Positions 31,402 through 40,768 are shown, counted from the stretch's first letter. The stretch is DNA of 64,000 nucleotides from Candidatus Kapaibacterium sp. (GCA_963665665.1 OY762428.1:2400001-2464000), one strand, 5' to 3'. Made by a program: numbers and translations. The notes: generated from the sequence alone by a model not told the origin.

Positions 31402-32613
31402 ATGAGCATCAGGACTATAAATATCATTCTTTTAGTTATTTGTTTTAATTCGGTTTTCGGACAAACAAATTTGATTATTCCAAATAAAGGCATTGAAGGG
31501 ATTTCTATTGTAATTGACTCATCAAAAATTTCGGATGTAATAGCAATATTTGGAACAGATTATACTTTAACCGAAAAGACTTTAATTACAAATTATCAAT
31601 ACGACAAGCTCGGACTGACTTTTCAAATAGACCCTTATGACAAAAACCAAATTGTTAGGTCCATTTCAGTTGAATCACCTTTTAAAGCAAAAACAGAAAA
31701 TGGAATTGTACTTAATGAAAGTACAATGAATGATGTTTGGAACACATTCAACGACAAAGGGTGTTTCACATCAAAATCTTATGCTTGGAATACTCAAAAA
31801 GGAATTTCTTTTTACATCAAAAAAGACCCTAATGAAAAAGGATATGACACAGACGAAAAAATCTATAAAATCGAAATAAATAATGATAGCGATTTTGGAA
31901 TTTCTTCAAGAGTAAATTTCGAGTTTAACGATATACCTGTAAACAAAAAAGTAAACAGTTTAATCGCTATTCTTCAAACAGACAATTTTGACTTTAAAAG
32001 TTTGGATGCTTTTTGGAGTAAAGAGAAAACTACCGAAAAAAAGCCTTATGGACTTGAAAAACGGACAAATTTTATTAGAAAAATTGAAAATAATTTAACT
32101 CAAGAAAGTTCTGAAATATGGCTTGTAGGGAGCTCTTATAGTCTCAACATCATAAAATCCGAAAATGAATTAGTTTATTTAAAACTAACAGACAATAATG
32201 AGCAAAAAACGCTAATTGAAAGAATAGAAAACCCTCAATTCGAAAAAATCGATTTAAACGTTTACACATACGGAACATTTTGTGGAATCGCAGGAACACC
32301 ACCAGATAAATGCCAAGTAATGCTTGAATTAGTCAATGAGAAGAATTACGACCAATTGGCAAATTGGTTAAAATCGATAAATCCTGAAATTGCTACTTAC
32401 GGTTATGTTGGACTTGAATTTCTAAAGAAAAAAGGAATTACAATCGAAAGAGTTGAATTAGAAAGAATGACAATATTAAGTGAATCTGAAATACAACTTA
32501 ATACTTGTCAAGGTTGCATTTTCGGAGTGACTGAAAAGATAAAAGACGTTTTAAAAAATAAAAATATTAATCAAATTTATCGTTCGTTTCAACAAAGCGG
32601 ATGGATAAAATAA
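31402..32613 (+). CDS. Hypothetical secreted protein (gene-cassette cargo)
   Basis: Signal peptide; YGTFCGIAG and CQGC motifs; tightly bounded by complementary GTT.../...AAC ends. Confidence 0.75.
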   Translation: MSIRTINIILLVICFNSVFGQTNLIIPNKGIEGISIVIDSSKISDVIAIFGTDYTLTEKTLITNYQYDKLGLTFQIDPYDKNQIVRSISVESPFKAKTENGIVLNESTMNDVWNTFNDKGCFTSKSYAWNTQKGISFYIKKDPNEKGYDTDEKIYKIEINNDSDFGISSRVNFEFNDIPVNKKVNSLIAILQTDNFDFKSLDAFWSKEKTTEKKPYGLEKRTNFIRKIENNLTQESSEIWLVGSSYSLNIIKSENELVYLKLTDNNEQKTLIERIENPQFEKIDLNVYTYGTFCGIAGTPPDKCQVMLELVNEKNYDQLANWLKSINPEIATYGYVGLEFLKKKGITIERVELERMTILSESEIQLNTCQGCIFGVTEKIKDVLKNKNINQIYRSFQQSGWIK

Positions 32614-32680
32614 CTACACACAACAATGTATATACAAAATGGACGAGATAGTAGAAAATTCAACGGTTGTAGCCCGCTTC
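32611..32680 (+). other. Truncated second attC-like site (left arm only)
   Basis: CACAAC-AATGTATATACAAAATGG...AAAATTCAACGGTTGTAGC, homologous to the left half of the 31259 site, then fused to repeat copy 2. Confidence 0.55.
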
Positions 32681-32886
32681 CTTGAGCAGTTCTAAAAGAT
32701 TTACCAAGCCCCGCTATTTGCGGGGTTTTTTTATTGAACGATATCGTCTGATAAGCTATTCATAGGCGGATAAAGCCAATAGGGAAAAATCATCATTAAT
32801 TTTTAAAAATCAATTGGATAAAGAAAATATTTTATTTATATTTTCGATATGTTTTTTATATTTAAAAGTTGGCGGTCATGCAAGGA
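32672..32886 (+). repeat. Direct repeat copy 2
   Basis: About 97% identical to 29208-29421. Confidence 0.95.
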
Positions 32887-33140
32887 CAGAGCTATAAGTA
32901 TGAAATGCTCCCTATTGCTTAGACAAATAAAAGTATAGTTTATGGTGTTTATTAATCTATACTTCTTCTCTAATAAAATAAGAAAAAAATATGTAATAAT
33001 ATTAATTTTTCTTTTTTTTGCTACTTTTTTTTCTTTTTGTTAACAACCTGGAAATTGTGGATAACTTTCACTCTCCTTTCTATTTCTTTTTTTATCAATT
33101 GCTTACCGGATTACATTTTTTCACTTTTCCAACAAAGTTT

Positions 33141-33986
33141 TCAATTAACGAACCGCTGTTCGTTCATATATTTTTCAGCCGGAATCTGGTATTCAATTCC
33201 TGCGTGCGGCCTCGTGTTGTTATACCAATCGACATAAGCCTTTATACCGCCATAGAGCTCTTTTCCGTCTTCGTAAGACTTCAGATACAGGTCTTCGTAT
33301 TTAAAGCTCCGCCAGAAGCGTTCTATGTAAACATTGTCCAAGGCGCGGCCCTTGCCGTCCATGCTTACCTTAACATCAGCATCCAGAATCGTTTTCACAA
33401 AATCATTGCTCGTGAACTGACTGCCCTGATCCGTGTTTGTTATTTCCGGTTTCCTGGTTTTCAAAGACCTTTTTATTGTATCTATGCAGAACTCCTTCTC
33501 AAGGTTATTCGATAATTCCCAGTCGACGATATACCTGCTATAAACATCTATAATTGCTATAAGATACATAAATCCTTTACGCATCGGAATATATGTTATA
33601 TCCAGGCTCCAAACCTGATCCGGACGACTTATTTTCATATCCCTCAACAGGTATGGATAAATTTTGTGCTCCTTGTTCGGTTTGCTCGTGTCCGGTTGGG
33701 GATATATTGCCCGAAGTCCCAATAATTTCATTAATCGCCTGATTCGTTTATAGTTAACATGGTATCCCAAAGAACGTAAGTGTGCTGTCATTTTTCTGGC
33801 TCCATAAAATGGAGTAATCGCGAATTGTTCTTTGATCAGCTTCATATATAGAATATTTGCTTCACTTTCACCCTTGGGTTTGTAATAATAACAGCTCCTG
33901 CTAATACCCAAAAGCTCGCACTGCCGGCTTATGCTAATTTCTTTATTATCAGCATCTACCATCTTCCTGCGTTCTTCTTTACTCAC
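33141..33986 (-). CDS. IS3-family transposase OrfB (HTH_21 + rve DDE)
   Basis: WSLDITYI, NTDQGSQFTS, DNVYIERFWRSFKYE and YNNTRPH. Confidence 0.95.
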   Translation of the reverse strand: MSKEERRKMVDADNKEISISRQCELLGISRSCYYYKPKGESEANILYMKLIKEQFAITPFYGARKMTAHLRSLGYHVNYKRIRRLMKLLGLRAIYPQPDTSKPNKEHKIYPYLLRDMKISRPDQVWSLDITYIPMRKGFMYLIAIIDVYSRYIVDWELSNNLEKEFCIDTIKRSLKTRKPEITNTDQGSQFTSNDFVKTILDADVKVSMDGKGRALDNVYIERFWRSFKYEDLYLKSYEDGKELYGGIKAYVDWYNNTRPHAGIEYQIPAEKYMNEQRFVN

Positions 33987-34266
33987 GGCCCAATTTTTTT
34001 TTTAACCAGTCTAATTCAATTTTTAGCCGGCCTATTTCTTCATATAATACTGATTCGTCTTTTTCTTTTTTATTCTTCCCTGGCCCACGCTTGTTTTCAA
34101 ATACTTCCTTTTCACTTTCTTTTAAATGCTTTTTCCACATGCTTATCTGGTTTGGATGAACCCCGTACTCCGATGCCAGCTCGGTTATTGTTTTTCTCTC
34201 TTGGACTGCCTCCAGGGCTACCTGCATTTTGAATTTTGAACTGTAATTTCTTCGTTTGTTTGCCAT
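33979..34266 (-). CDS. IS3-family transposase OrfA (HTH)
   Basis: RRNYSSKFKMQVAL, YGVHPNQISMWKK and LYEEIGRLKIELDWLKKK. Confidence 0.93.
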   Translation of the reverse strand: MANKRRNYSSKFKMQVALEAVQERKTITELASEYGVHPNQISMWKKHLKESEKEVFENKRGPGKNKKEKDESVLYEEIGRLKIELDWLKKKLGRE

Positions 34267-34352
34267 TTGATGCTCCTTTTGATTTTTTGCAAGTTAAGAT
34301 TATTTCACCTTAAATCGCTGTTTTTTTTAAAGGAAGCCGTTCATATAAAATC

Positions 34353-34620
34353 AATCAAAAAACAACCACCCCTTTAATCCCCTCCAGTGGAGGGGAATGC
34401 TAATTATAAGGTATATAGGGAGATAAGCTCTTCCGGCGGAGGGGTGGCCGAAGGCCGGGGTGGCGTTTGTCCTCCTTCAAAAGCCCTGCTTAGGAAGGCA
34501 ACCACCACAAAGCATAATTGATACTGCATATCTAAGCAGGGGCTTAGATACGAGGAAGAAAATTATTATAGAATCAAAAACAACCACCCCTTTAATCCCC
34601 TCCAATGGAGGGGAATGCTA
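34353..34620. repeat. Cluster of REP-like GC-rich palindromes
   Basis: AACCACCCCTTTAATCCCCTCC-x-TGGAGGGGAATGCTA at 34353-34402 and 34572-34620, with an oppositely oriented relative at 34427-34465. Confidence 0.75.
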
Positions 34621-34783
34621 TTTGCATGATATGAATGAAGACCCGGAGTTGAGGAACAGGGGATTAAAATCAACTTTGGGTTAAATCTGATTACAATTCT
34701 TAATCAGTTAATAATTTACTGGCTTTAAATTTGCATTTTTCTTATCTTCAAAATTGTTAGTGTAGCAAATAAAAGAATTAAAG

Positions 34784-36061
34784 ATGGAAAAATCAGATAT
34801 ATTGGCAAGTGCAAAGGCTTTTGTAAAAACTATTTTTACAGAAAATATTCCGGGGGAATATCTTTATCACAATTACGACCATACAAAAAGAGTTGTCAGG
34901 AATACCGCAAAAATTGCCGAAGGCTCGGGGCTAAGCGAAAAAGAGACTGAAATTGCCCTGCTTGCTGCATATTTCCACGATTCAGGATTTTCTGTCAGGT
35001 ATAAGGATAACGAGAAAGACGGAGCTGAAATTGCTGAAACATTTCTTAAAAAATCGGGATACCCCGATGAAAAGATCGCTTTGGTAAAAGAAGCCGTGCT
35101 TGCTACGGCGATGCCGCAGAATCCCAAAAATAAAATATCCATGGTGCTTTGCGATGCTGACCTTGCAAATCTGGGAAAGAAATACTTTTTTGAAGTAAAC
35201 GAGCTTATTCGATTGGAGTATGGATTTGTTAAGGGTAAGGATGTTGACAGGGAAGAATGGTGCAGACAAACATTGAAACTGATGGAAACTCACCGCTATC
35301 ATACTGATTTTGCTAATGAAACACTCGGCCCGAGAAAATTGAAAAACCATAAGAAACTTAAGGAAAGGCTTGCCGGAGGTGATGTGAACAATATCGATCC
35401 AATTAAAGAGATGCAGAAAAAAAAGGATAAGAAAAAAAATAAAGAAAAAAAACCGGGTGTTTTTACTCCGCCGGTAACGAAATCAAAAGAAGATCTTGTA
35501 CAGGAATTCCTGAACAAACCACCCAGCAGGGGAATTGAAACAATGTTCCGTAATAACCTGCGGGGGCATTTGGAACTTAGCGGGCTTGCGGACAACAAAG
35601 CCAATATAATGCTCAGTATCAATGCTGTTGTGCTTTCAATTATTGTTTCGGTAATGATTCCTGAAGTAACCCGCACGCCGGTACTGGGGCTTCCGACCCT
35701 TATACTTGTGCTAACATGTGTTACTACGATTGTTTTTGCCACCATTTCCACCCGCCCCAAAGTAACCAGCGGAACATTCAAAAAGGAAGACATCAGGAAT
35801 AAAACAGCCAACCTGTTGTTTTTCGGGAATTTCCATAATATGAATATCGATGATTTTCAGTGGGGTATGACAGAAATGATGAAGGATAAGGAATTTCTTT
35901 ATGGCTCCATGATCCGTGATTTTTATTATCTCGGGCTTGTGCTGAACAAGAAATACAGGTATCTGAGATTTACTTACTCGATATTTATGTTCGGAATAGT
36001 GATCTCTGCTATTGCCTATATTATTACATTTGTATTTATGCACAGCCAAAACCCTTTGTAA
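34784..36061 (+). CDS. HD-domain phosphohydrolase fused to a Pycsar-effector-like (DUF5706) membrane domain
   Basis: YHNYDH, FHDSG and CDADL; RGIETMFR...ADNKANIMLS, NLLFFGNF and KKYRYLR; three TM helices. Confidence 0.88.
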   Translation: MEKSDILASAKAFVKTIFTENIPGEYLYHNYDHTKRVVRNTAKIAEGSGLSEKETEIALLAAYFHDSGFSVRYKDNEKDGAEIAETFLKKSGYPDEKIALVKEAVLATAMPQNPKNKISMVLCDADLANLGKKYFFEVNELIRLEYGFVKGKDVDREEWCRQTLKLMETHRYHTDFANETLGPRKLKNHKKLKERLAGGDVNNIDPIKEMQKKKDKKKNKEKKPGVFTPPVTKSKEDLVQEFLNKPPSRGIETMFRNNLRGHLELSGLADNKANIMLSINAVVLSIIVSVMIPEVTRTPVLGLPTLILVLTCVTTIVFATISTRPKVTSGTFKKEDIRNKTANLLFFGNFHNMNIDDFQWGMTEMMKDKEFLYGSMIRDFYYLGLVLNKKYRYLRFTYSIFMFGIVISAIAYIITFVFMHSQNPL

Positions 36062-36078
36062 TTCAAATGCATTGCTCT

Positions 36079-36744
36079 ATGAAATTAAAAACAGAAAAAT
36101 TCAGGATATCAGAGATATTCCACTCCATTCAGGGAGAAGGTATCAAAGCAGGACTTCCCTGCGTGTTTGTCCGCCTTCAGGGTTGCAATATGAATTGCAG
36201 CTGGTGCGATACAAAACATGCAATCCCCCCGAAAAAAGGGATCGGAATGTCCCGGGAACAAATTATTTGCGAAGTGGAAAAGTATGAATGCAATTTTATC
36301 GAGTTTACCGGTGGTGAACCCTTATATCAGCCAAATATCCACTGTCTGATGAAATATTTTTGTGATAATGGTTATGATGTTTCGATTGAAACTAACGGGC
36401 ATTATGATATTTCAGCAATTGATGCACGTATCAATATAATTATGGATATAAAATGCCCCGGTTCCAAAATGATTCATAAAAATAATTATAAAAACATTGA
36501 ATTTCTGAAGCCAAAGGACGAGGTGAAATTCGTTATTGCCAGCGATGAGGATTTTGATTTTGCAATTGATTTGGTAAATAAACACCATATTTGCAATAAA
36601 ACACCAAATATTGTTTTTTCTCCGGCTTTTGGCTCTATGCCTGCGGAAAGACTTGCAAACCTTGTACTTAGTTCTGGCTTGCCTGTGCGAATGCAGCTTC
36701 AGATGCATAAGTTTATCTGGCATCCGGACAAACGCGGAGTATAA
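36079..36744 (+). CDS. queE: 7-carboxy-7-deazaguanine synthase (radical SAM)
   Basis: EIFHSIQGEG, CNMNCSWCDT, FTGGEP, ETNG and QLQMHKFIW. Confidence 0.92.
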   Translation: MKLKTEKFRISEIFHSIQGEGIKAGLPCVFVRLQGCNMNCSWCDTKHAIPPKKGIGMSREQIICEVEKYECNFIEFTGGEPLYQPNIHCLMKYFCDNGYDVSIETNGHYDISAIDARINIIMDIKCPGSKMIHKNNYKNIEFLKPKDEVKFVIASDEDFDFAIDLVNKHHICNKTPNIVFSPAFGSMPAERLANLVLSSGLPVRMQLQMHKFIWHPDKRGV

Positions 36745-36823
36745 TAATTTGTAACCATTCTTTTTTACAGGTGTAATATCAGCAGAAGCATATTTCTTAT
36801 TATCACAAGTAAAGGAGGGCACT

Positions 36824-38434
36824 ATGTCTGCGAAAATTAATATATTAACAATTGTTTTAATATTCAGCCTGTCAGCAAATATTGTTTATTCTGTGGACTT
36901 TGAAGAAGAAACCGAAAACAGAGCCGGTAATTATGATCTGCAAACAAACAATCTTGGAATGGTATTCAAATCAGCATCATTCCTTAGTTCAGTGTATTGG
37001 CCAAAGGATTCTGATAACGGCTATATCTACGGAACAGGGTATTGGTTTGGAGCTCAAAAATGGAATGATCAGGATCAGGAAATGAAAAAACTTTGCTTCT
37101 TAACTTATGACCCCCGGAACGGAATGTCCTGGGCAATACCCGGCTATTATTCTTATGATGCCACAGATACCATCGGCCCGGATTTTGATACTGACCTTTA
37201 TGGCATTTACAGTTCAATGGATTATAATGAAAATGGCACACCGGCAGGAGATGAAAAATATAACTGGCCATGGCTGGCCCCCTATCCCACACCTGAGTAT
37301 AATATGGGGGACTATATTGCCAACCCGGATAACCGGCAGAATAATTCCTCCCGAAGGGCATTGGTGGTTTCTGACGAGGATATATCTACTGTTTTCAAGG
37401 ATAGCGACCTGTCCCGTTATTACAATGATGGAGAAAACTTAGAAGCAAAAGGCTATCCGCTGGGAATACAGTTTGAACAGAGAATATTGAACTGGGATAA
37501 CGGGTATATGAAAGATTGTATCATAATTATGATATCGTATAAGAATATCTCGGCTGATACTTTGTATAACTGCTTTATGTCCCCGGTATTTGATTTTGAT
37601 ATTGGAGGCCCGGCCAATGACCGGTTGAGATATTATGACAGCGATCCGAGTATTGAAACTGTTGCATCATGGTCCAACAGCGATATGGGTGATGCAGGAA
37701 AAGGATTCGGGTACATGGGTATCAGCCAGCTGTTGTCTCCTAAAGTAATAAAAGTATATGACGGCAGTGTAGAAATTGAAACTGACAGTACTGATTTTAT
37801 CAGGCAGGATGTATTGCCATATTCCCCGAAGAATAATATTGGGCTGGGAGCAGTCAGAAATTGGTCGATTGCAGAGGATTTCAATGATGACATGTCCCGC
37901 TATAATTTTATCTCATCCGGCCTGGCAGACGGAGATAACGGCCCCGGTGATAAAAGAACGATCCTTTCAACAGGCCCATTCCACATGCGGCCCGGTGATG
38001 AAGCTGTTTGCGCTTATATGGTAAGCTTTGCACTTCCTTCAAACGGGGAAGAAGCTGACGGCAGTGATGCAGATATGAACGGTTTGATTGACCTGATCAA
38101 GAAAGCACGGCTGTTCTTCTATCAGGATGTGCTTACTTCTGTTGAGAACGAGGGCAAAGCTCCGGAAGGAAAAGGGCTTGTGTTATATGATCCGTCACCC
38201 AATCCGGCAGATATTCAATCAGAATTTTACTTCAGAGTTTATGATTCCGGAAGTGTTGATTTTTCTGTTTGGGATTTAAACGGAAACAGGGTAATGGATA
38301 TCGGCTCTGCGGTTTATGGGGAAGGAGTGGCTTCAAAAGTGGTTAATACTTCAACTCTTGCACCAGGTACTTACTTTATTATGGGCAAAACCAAGAATGA
38401 TATATCAACGCTAAAACTAACAGTAGTAAGATAA
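36824..38434 (+). CDS. T9SS-secreted hypothetical protein with type-A CTD
   Basis: Signal peptide; C-terminal PSPNPA...LAPGTYFI...KLTVVR. Confidence 0.8.
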   Translation: MSAKINILTIVLIFSLSANIVYSVDFEEETENRAGNYDLQTNNLGMVFKSASFLSSVYWPKDSDNGYIYGTGYWFGAQKWNDQDQEMKKLCFLTYDPRNGMSWAIPGYYSYDATDTIGPDFDTDLYGIYSSMDYNENGTPAGDEKYNWPWLAPYPTPEYNMGDYIANPDNRQNNSSRRALVVSDEDISTVFKDSDLSRYYNDGENLEAKGYPLGIQFEQRILNWDNGYMKDCIIIMISYKNISADTLYNCFMSPVFDFDIGGPANDRLRYYDSDPSIETVASWSNSDMGDAGKGFGYMGISQLLSPKVIKVYDGSVEIETDSTDFIRQDVLPYSPKNNIGLGAVRNWSIAEDFNDDMSRYNFISSGLADGDNGPGDKRTILSTGPFHMRPGDEAVCAYMVSFALPSNGEEADGSDADMNGLIDLIKKARLFFYQDVLTSVENEGKAPEGKGLVLYDPSPNPADIQSEFYFRVYDSGSVDFSVWDLNGNRVMDIGSAVYGEGVASKVVNTSTLAPGTYFIMGKTKNDISTLKLTVVR

Positions 38435-38462
38435 TTTCAAATACAATTATATGTAAAATTTG

Positions 38463-38492
38463 AAAAGCTCTTCCGGAACCGGAAGAGCTTTT
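38463..38492. terminator. Bidirectional terminator between convergent genes
   Basis: AAAAGCTCTTCCGG-AA-CCGGAAGAGCTTTT. Confidence 0.85.
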
Positions 38493-38582
38493 TATGTATA
38501 TATCGCATTTTCTCTGTCAAAACAATTTCTTGTAAACACACTCAGTGTGAAACCATGCCTAAAGAGAAGGGCTCAGCATTGT

Positions 38583-39857
38583 CTATTCTGCATCCCTTTT
38601 GATAACCACGAGTGTTTTGTCATCAGTAAAAGGGGAATTTGCAGTAAACTTCTGCACAGCATCAATAATATGATATGCAATTTTCTTCGGTGTTTCTTTA
38701 TAATGCTTCCTTATTAATTCCTGCAGCCTGTCTTCTCCGAACATTTCACCTTCATTATTATGTCCTTCAGTTATTCCGTCCGAGAAAAGCACGAGAATAT
38801 CGCCAGGCAGCATCCTGGTATTTTCCACACCGAATTTTTGCTTGCGGACAAGCCCGAGTAAACCACCTGTACTTTCAAGCAGCCTGATCCTGTCTTCGGA
38901 CGGGCGGTAGTGTATTGGTTCGCAGTGCCCGGCATTGGCATAAAGAACCAGGCGGTTTGAAGAAGTGGTTAATTCGCAATAGACCATTGTAACAAAGCGT
39001 TCGTAAGGAAAAGTATCGAATATCAATGTGTTCAGCGAAGATATCAGGTGTGCTATTCTTGTCGAGAATCTTTTACCCATACGGATAGCACCGGATACGA
39101 ACAGTGCCTGGATTGCTGCCGGAAGTCCTTTGCTTGCAGCATCGCTGACTACTATACTGAGCCGTTCATCTTCGTCATTTTCTTTTTCAGGCAGGAAATA
39201 ATCAAAGTAATCGCCTCCTACTTCTTTATCCGGAATACAAGCGCCGAAAATTTTATAATCTTTGAATTCAATATAATGTTTCGGCAGAAGATTCCTTTGG
39301 ATTTCAGCGGCCTGGACTAAATCCTGGTTAAGCTTTTCTTCTCTTTCTTTAGCCTGGATGTTTCTAATTGCAATTGTGGCTACAGAGGAAATAACCGTAA
39401 GGGTTTCATAGAAAGACTGAAGAATCTGCGGAGCGTTAAATCCCAGGGCATATTTATAATAAATGTCTTTACCAACTTTTATCAGGTCGCCGACAGCTGT
39501 AACTGAATATACGTTAATACCTTTTTCTTTCAGAAGCTGATCTGTTTCCTTATTCAGGAAAGTTCTTTCCTTGGCAAGCTTTTTGAAAATTTCTTTCTGA
39601 TCGTCAATATTCAGATAATAATCTTCAGGGATTTCTCGAACTTCACCGTATTGGAATTTAAGTTCGTATCTTCGTTTATCCGGATTCAGTTCCCAAATTC
39701 TGCCGCCGTTAATCTCAAATTCCGGGTTATTTACCGTATCCTGTATTAGTGCCGTGAGAAGTGATATCTCATTATCGAATTCACCGGATACAATGCTCCC
39801 GACTAATTTGTATGTGTCTCTCTGGCTGGTAGAGCCTGTAATATTTTGGTCATTCAT
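38583..39857 (-). CDS. GAF-like + PP2C (SpoIIE/RsbU) protein phosphatase
   Basis: AAEIQRNLLP, VGGDYFD, SDAASKG, NAGH, FSDGITE and DDKTL. Confidence 0.92.
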   Translation of the reverse strand: MNDQNITGSTSQRDTYKLVGSIVSGEFDNEISLLTALIQDTVNNPEFEINGGRIWELNPDKRRYELKFQYGEVREIPEDYYLNIDDQKEIFKKLAKERTFLNKETDQLLKEKGINVYSVTAVGDLIKVGKDIYYKYALGFNAPQILQSFYETLTVISSVATIAIRNIQAKEREEKLNQDLVQAAEIQRNLLPKHYIEFKDYKIFGACIPDKEVGGDYFDYFLPEKENDEDERLSIVVSDAASKGLPAAIQALFVSGAIRMGKRFSTRIAHLISSLNTLIFDTFPYERFVTMVYCELTTSSNRLVLYANAGHCEPIHYRPSEDRIRLLESTGGLLGLVRKQKFGVENTRMLPGDILVLFSDGITEGHNNEGEMFGEDRLQELIRKHYKETPKKIAYHIIDAVQKFTANSPFTDDKTLVVIKRDAE

Positions 39858-39874
39858 ATTATTAATACCGATAA

Positions 39875-40768
39875 TTATTTAATCAACCCGACATTCTTCA
39901 TTTCATATTCAATAAGTTTTTTATTGCCCTCTGTCAGAGGAACAAGCGGAAGCCTTACCTGCTCTTCAATCATTCCCATGATATTAAGGATAGCTTTTAC
40001 GGGTACGGGATTCGATTCTACAAAGTTCAGTTTCATCATTTCGAACAGCTGTTTCTGAATTTCCCTTGCCTTGTCAAATTTACCCTTCAAAGCAAATCTT
40101 ACCAGGTCGCCGTATTGTTTTGGAGCATAATTGGATATTACTGATATTACTCCTGAACCTCCGGAAGCTATGATTGGCAGTGTCAAAGCGTCATCACCCG
40201 AGTACAGCATGAACCCCTCCGGCGCATTATGAACTATTACCATCATCTGCTCCAGGTTGCCCGAGGCTTCTTTGCTAGCAACTATATTGGGGCAATCCTC
40301 TGCCAGCTTCAGTTGTGTTTCCGGCTGGATATTCATCGCTGTTCTGCCGGGAACATTATAAATTATCTGTGGTATGTCAACTGCATCGGCGATAGTTTTA
40401 TAATGATAATATAATCCTTCCTGTGTTGGCTTGTTGTAATACGGGCCCACCAGCAGAATTGCATCGGCTCCGTGTTCTTTTGCAACAAGTGAAAGATCGA
40501 TGGAGGCCTGGGTGGAGTTCGATCCCGTTCCGGCAATGATAGGTACTCTGCCTGCAGAATATTCAACAGCCTGAATAATAAGAGACAGTTTTTCCTTAAC
40601 TGTAAGGGTAGCGCTCTCTCCTGTTGAACCGCAAACAATTATGGCTTCAACTTTATTTTTAATTTGAAATTCAAGTAATTTTTTGAATGCATTATAATCA
40701 ATTGTCCCATCCTTGTGGAATGGTGTGACTATTGCAGTTCCGGTACCTTTAAATATTTGATTTTTCAT
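39875..40768 (-). CDS. dapA: 4-hydroxy-tetrahydrodipicolinate synthase
   Basis: GSTGES, PYYNKP, YNVPGRT, KEASG, SGDD and ESNPVPVK. Confidence 0.97.
   Translation of the reverse strand: MKNQIFKGTGTAIVTPFHKDGTIDYNAFKKLLEFQIKNKVEAIIVCGSTGESATLTVKEKLSLIIQAVEYSAGRVPIIAGTGSNSTQASIDLSLVAKEHGADAILLVGPYYNKPTQEGLYYHYKTIADAVDIPQIIYNVPGRTAMNIQPETQLKLAEDCPNIVASKEASGNLEQMMVIVHNAPEGFMLYSGDDALTLPIIASGGSGVISVISNYAPKQYGDLVRFALKGKFDKAREIQKQLFEMMKLNFVESNPVPVKAILNIMGMIEEQVRLPLVPLTEGNKKLIEYEMKNVGLIK

Larger units (their letters stand above)
32901..34343 (-). mobile_element. IS3-family insertion sequence (~1.44 kb)
   Basis: OrfA and OrfB; imperfect terminal IRs TGAAATGCTCCCTATTGCTTAGACA / TGAACGGCTTCCTTTAAAAAAAACA (15/25), TG...CA ends; no clear TSD. 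Confidence 0.85.

Noticed and set aside
29208-32886. Prophage or ICE between attL/attR
   Set aside because: Only 3.2 kb enclosed, with no integrase, phage or conjugation genes; the repeat is much longer than a typical att core
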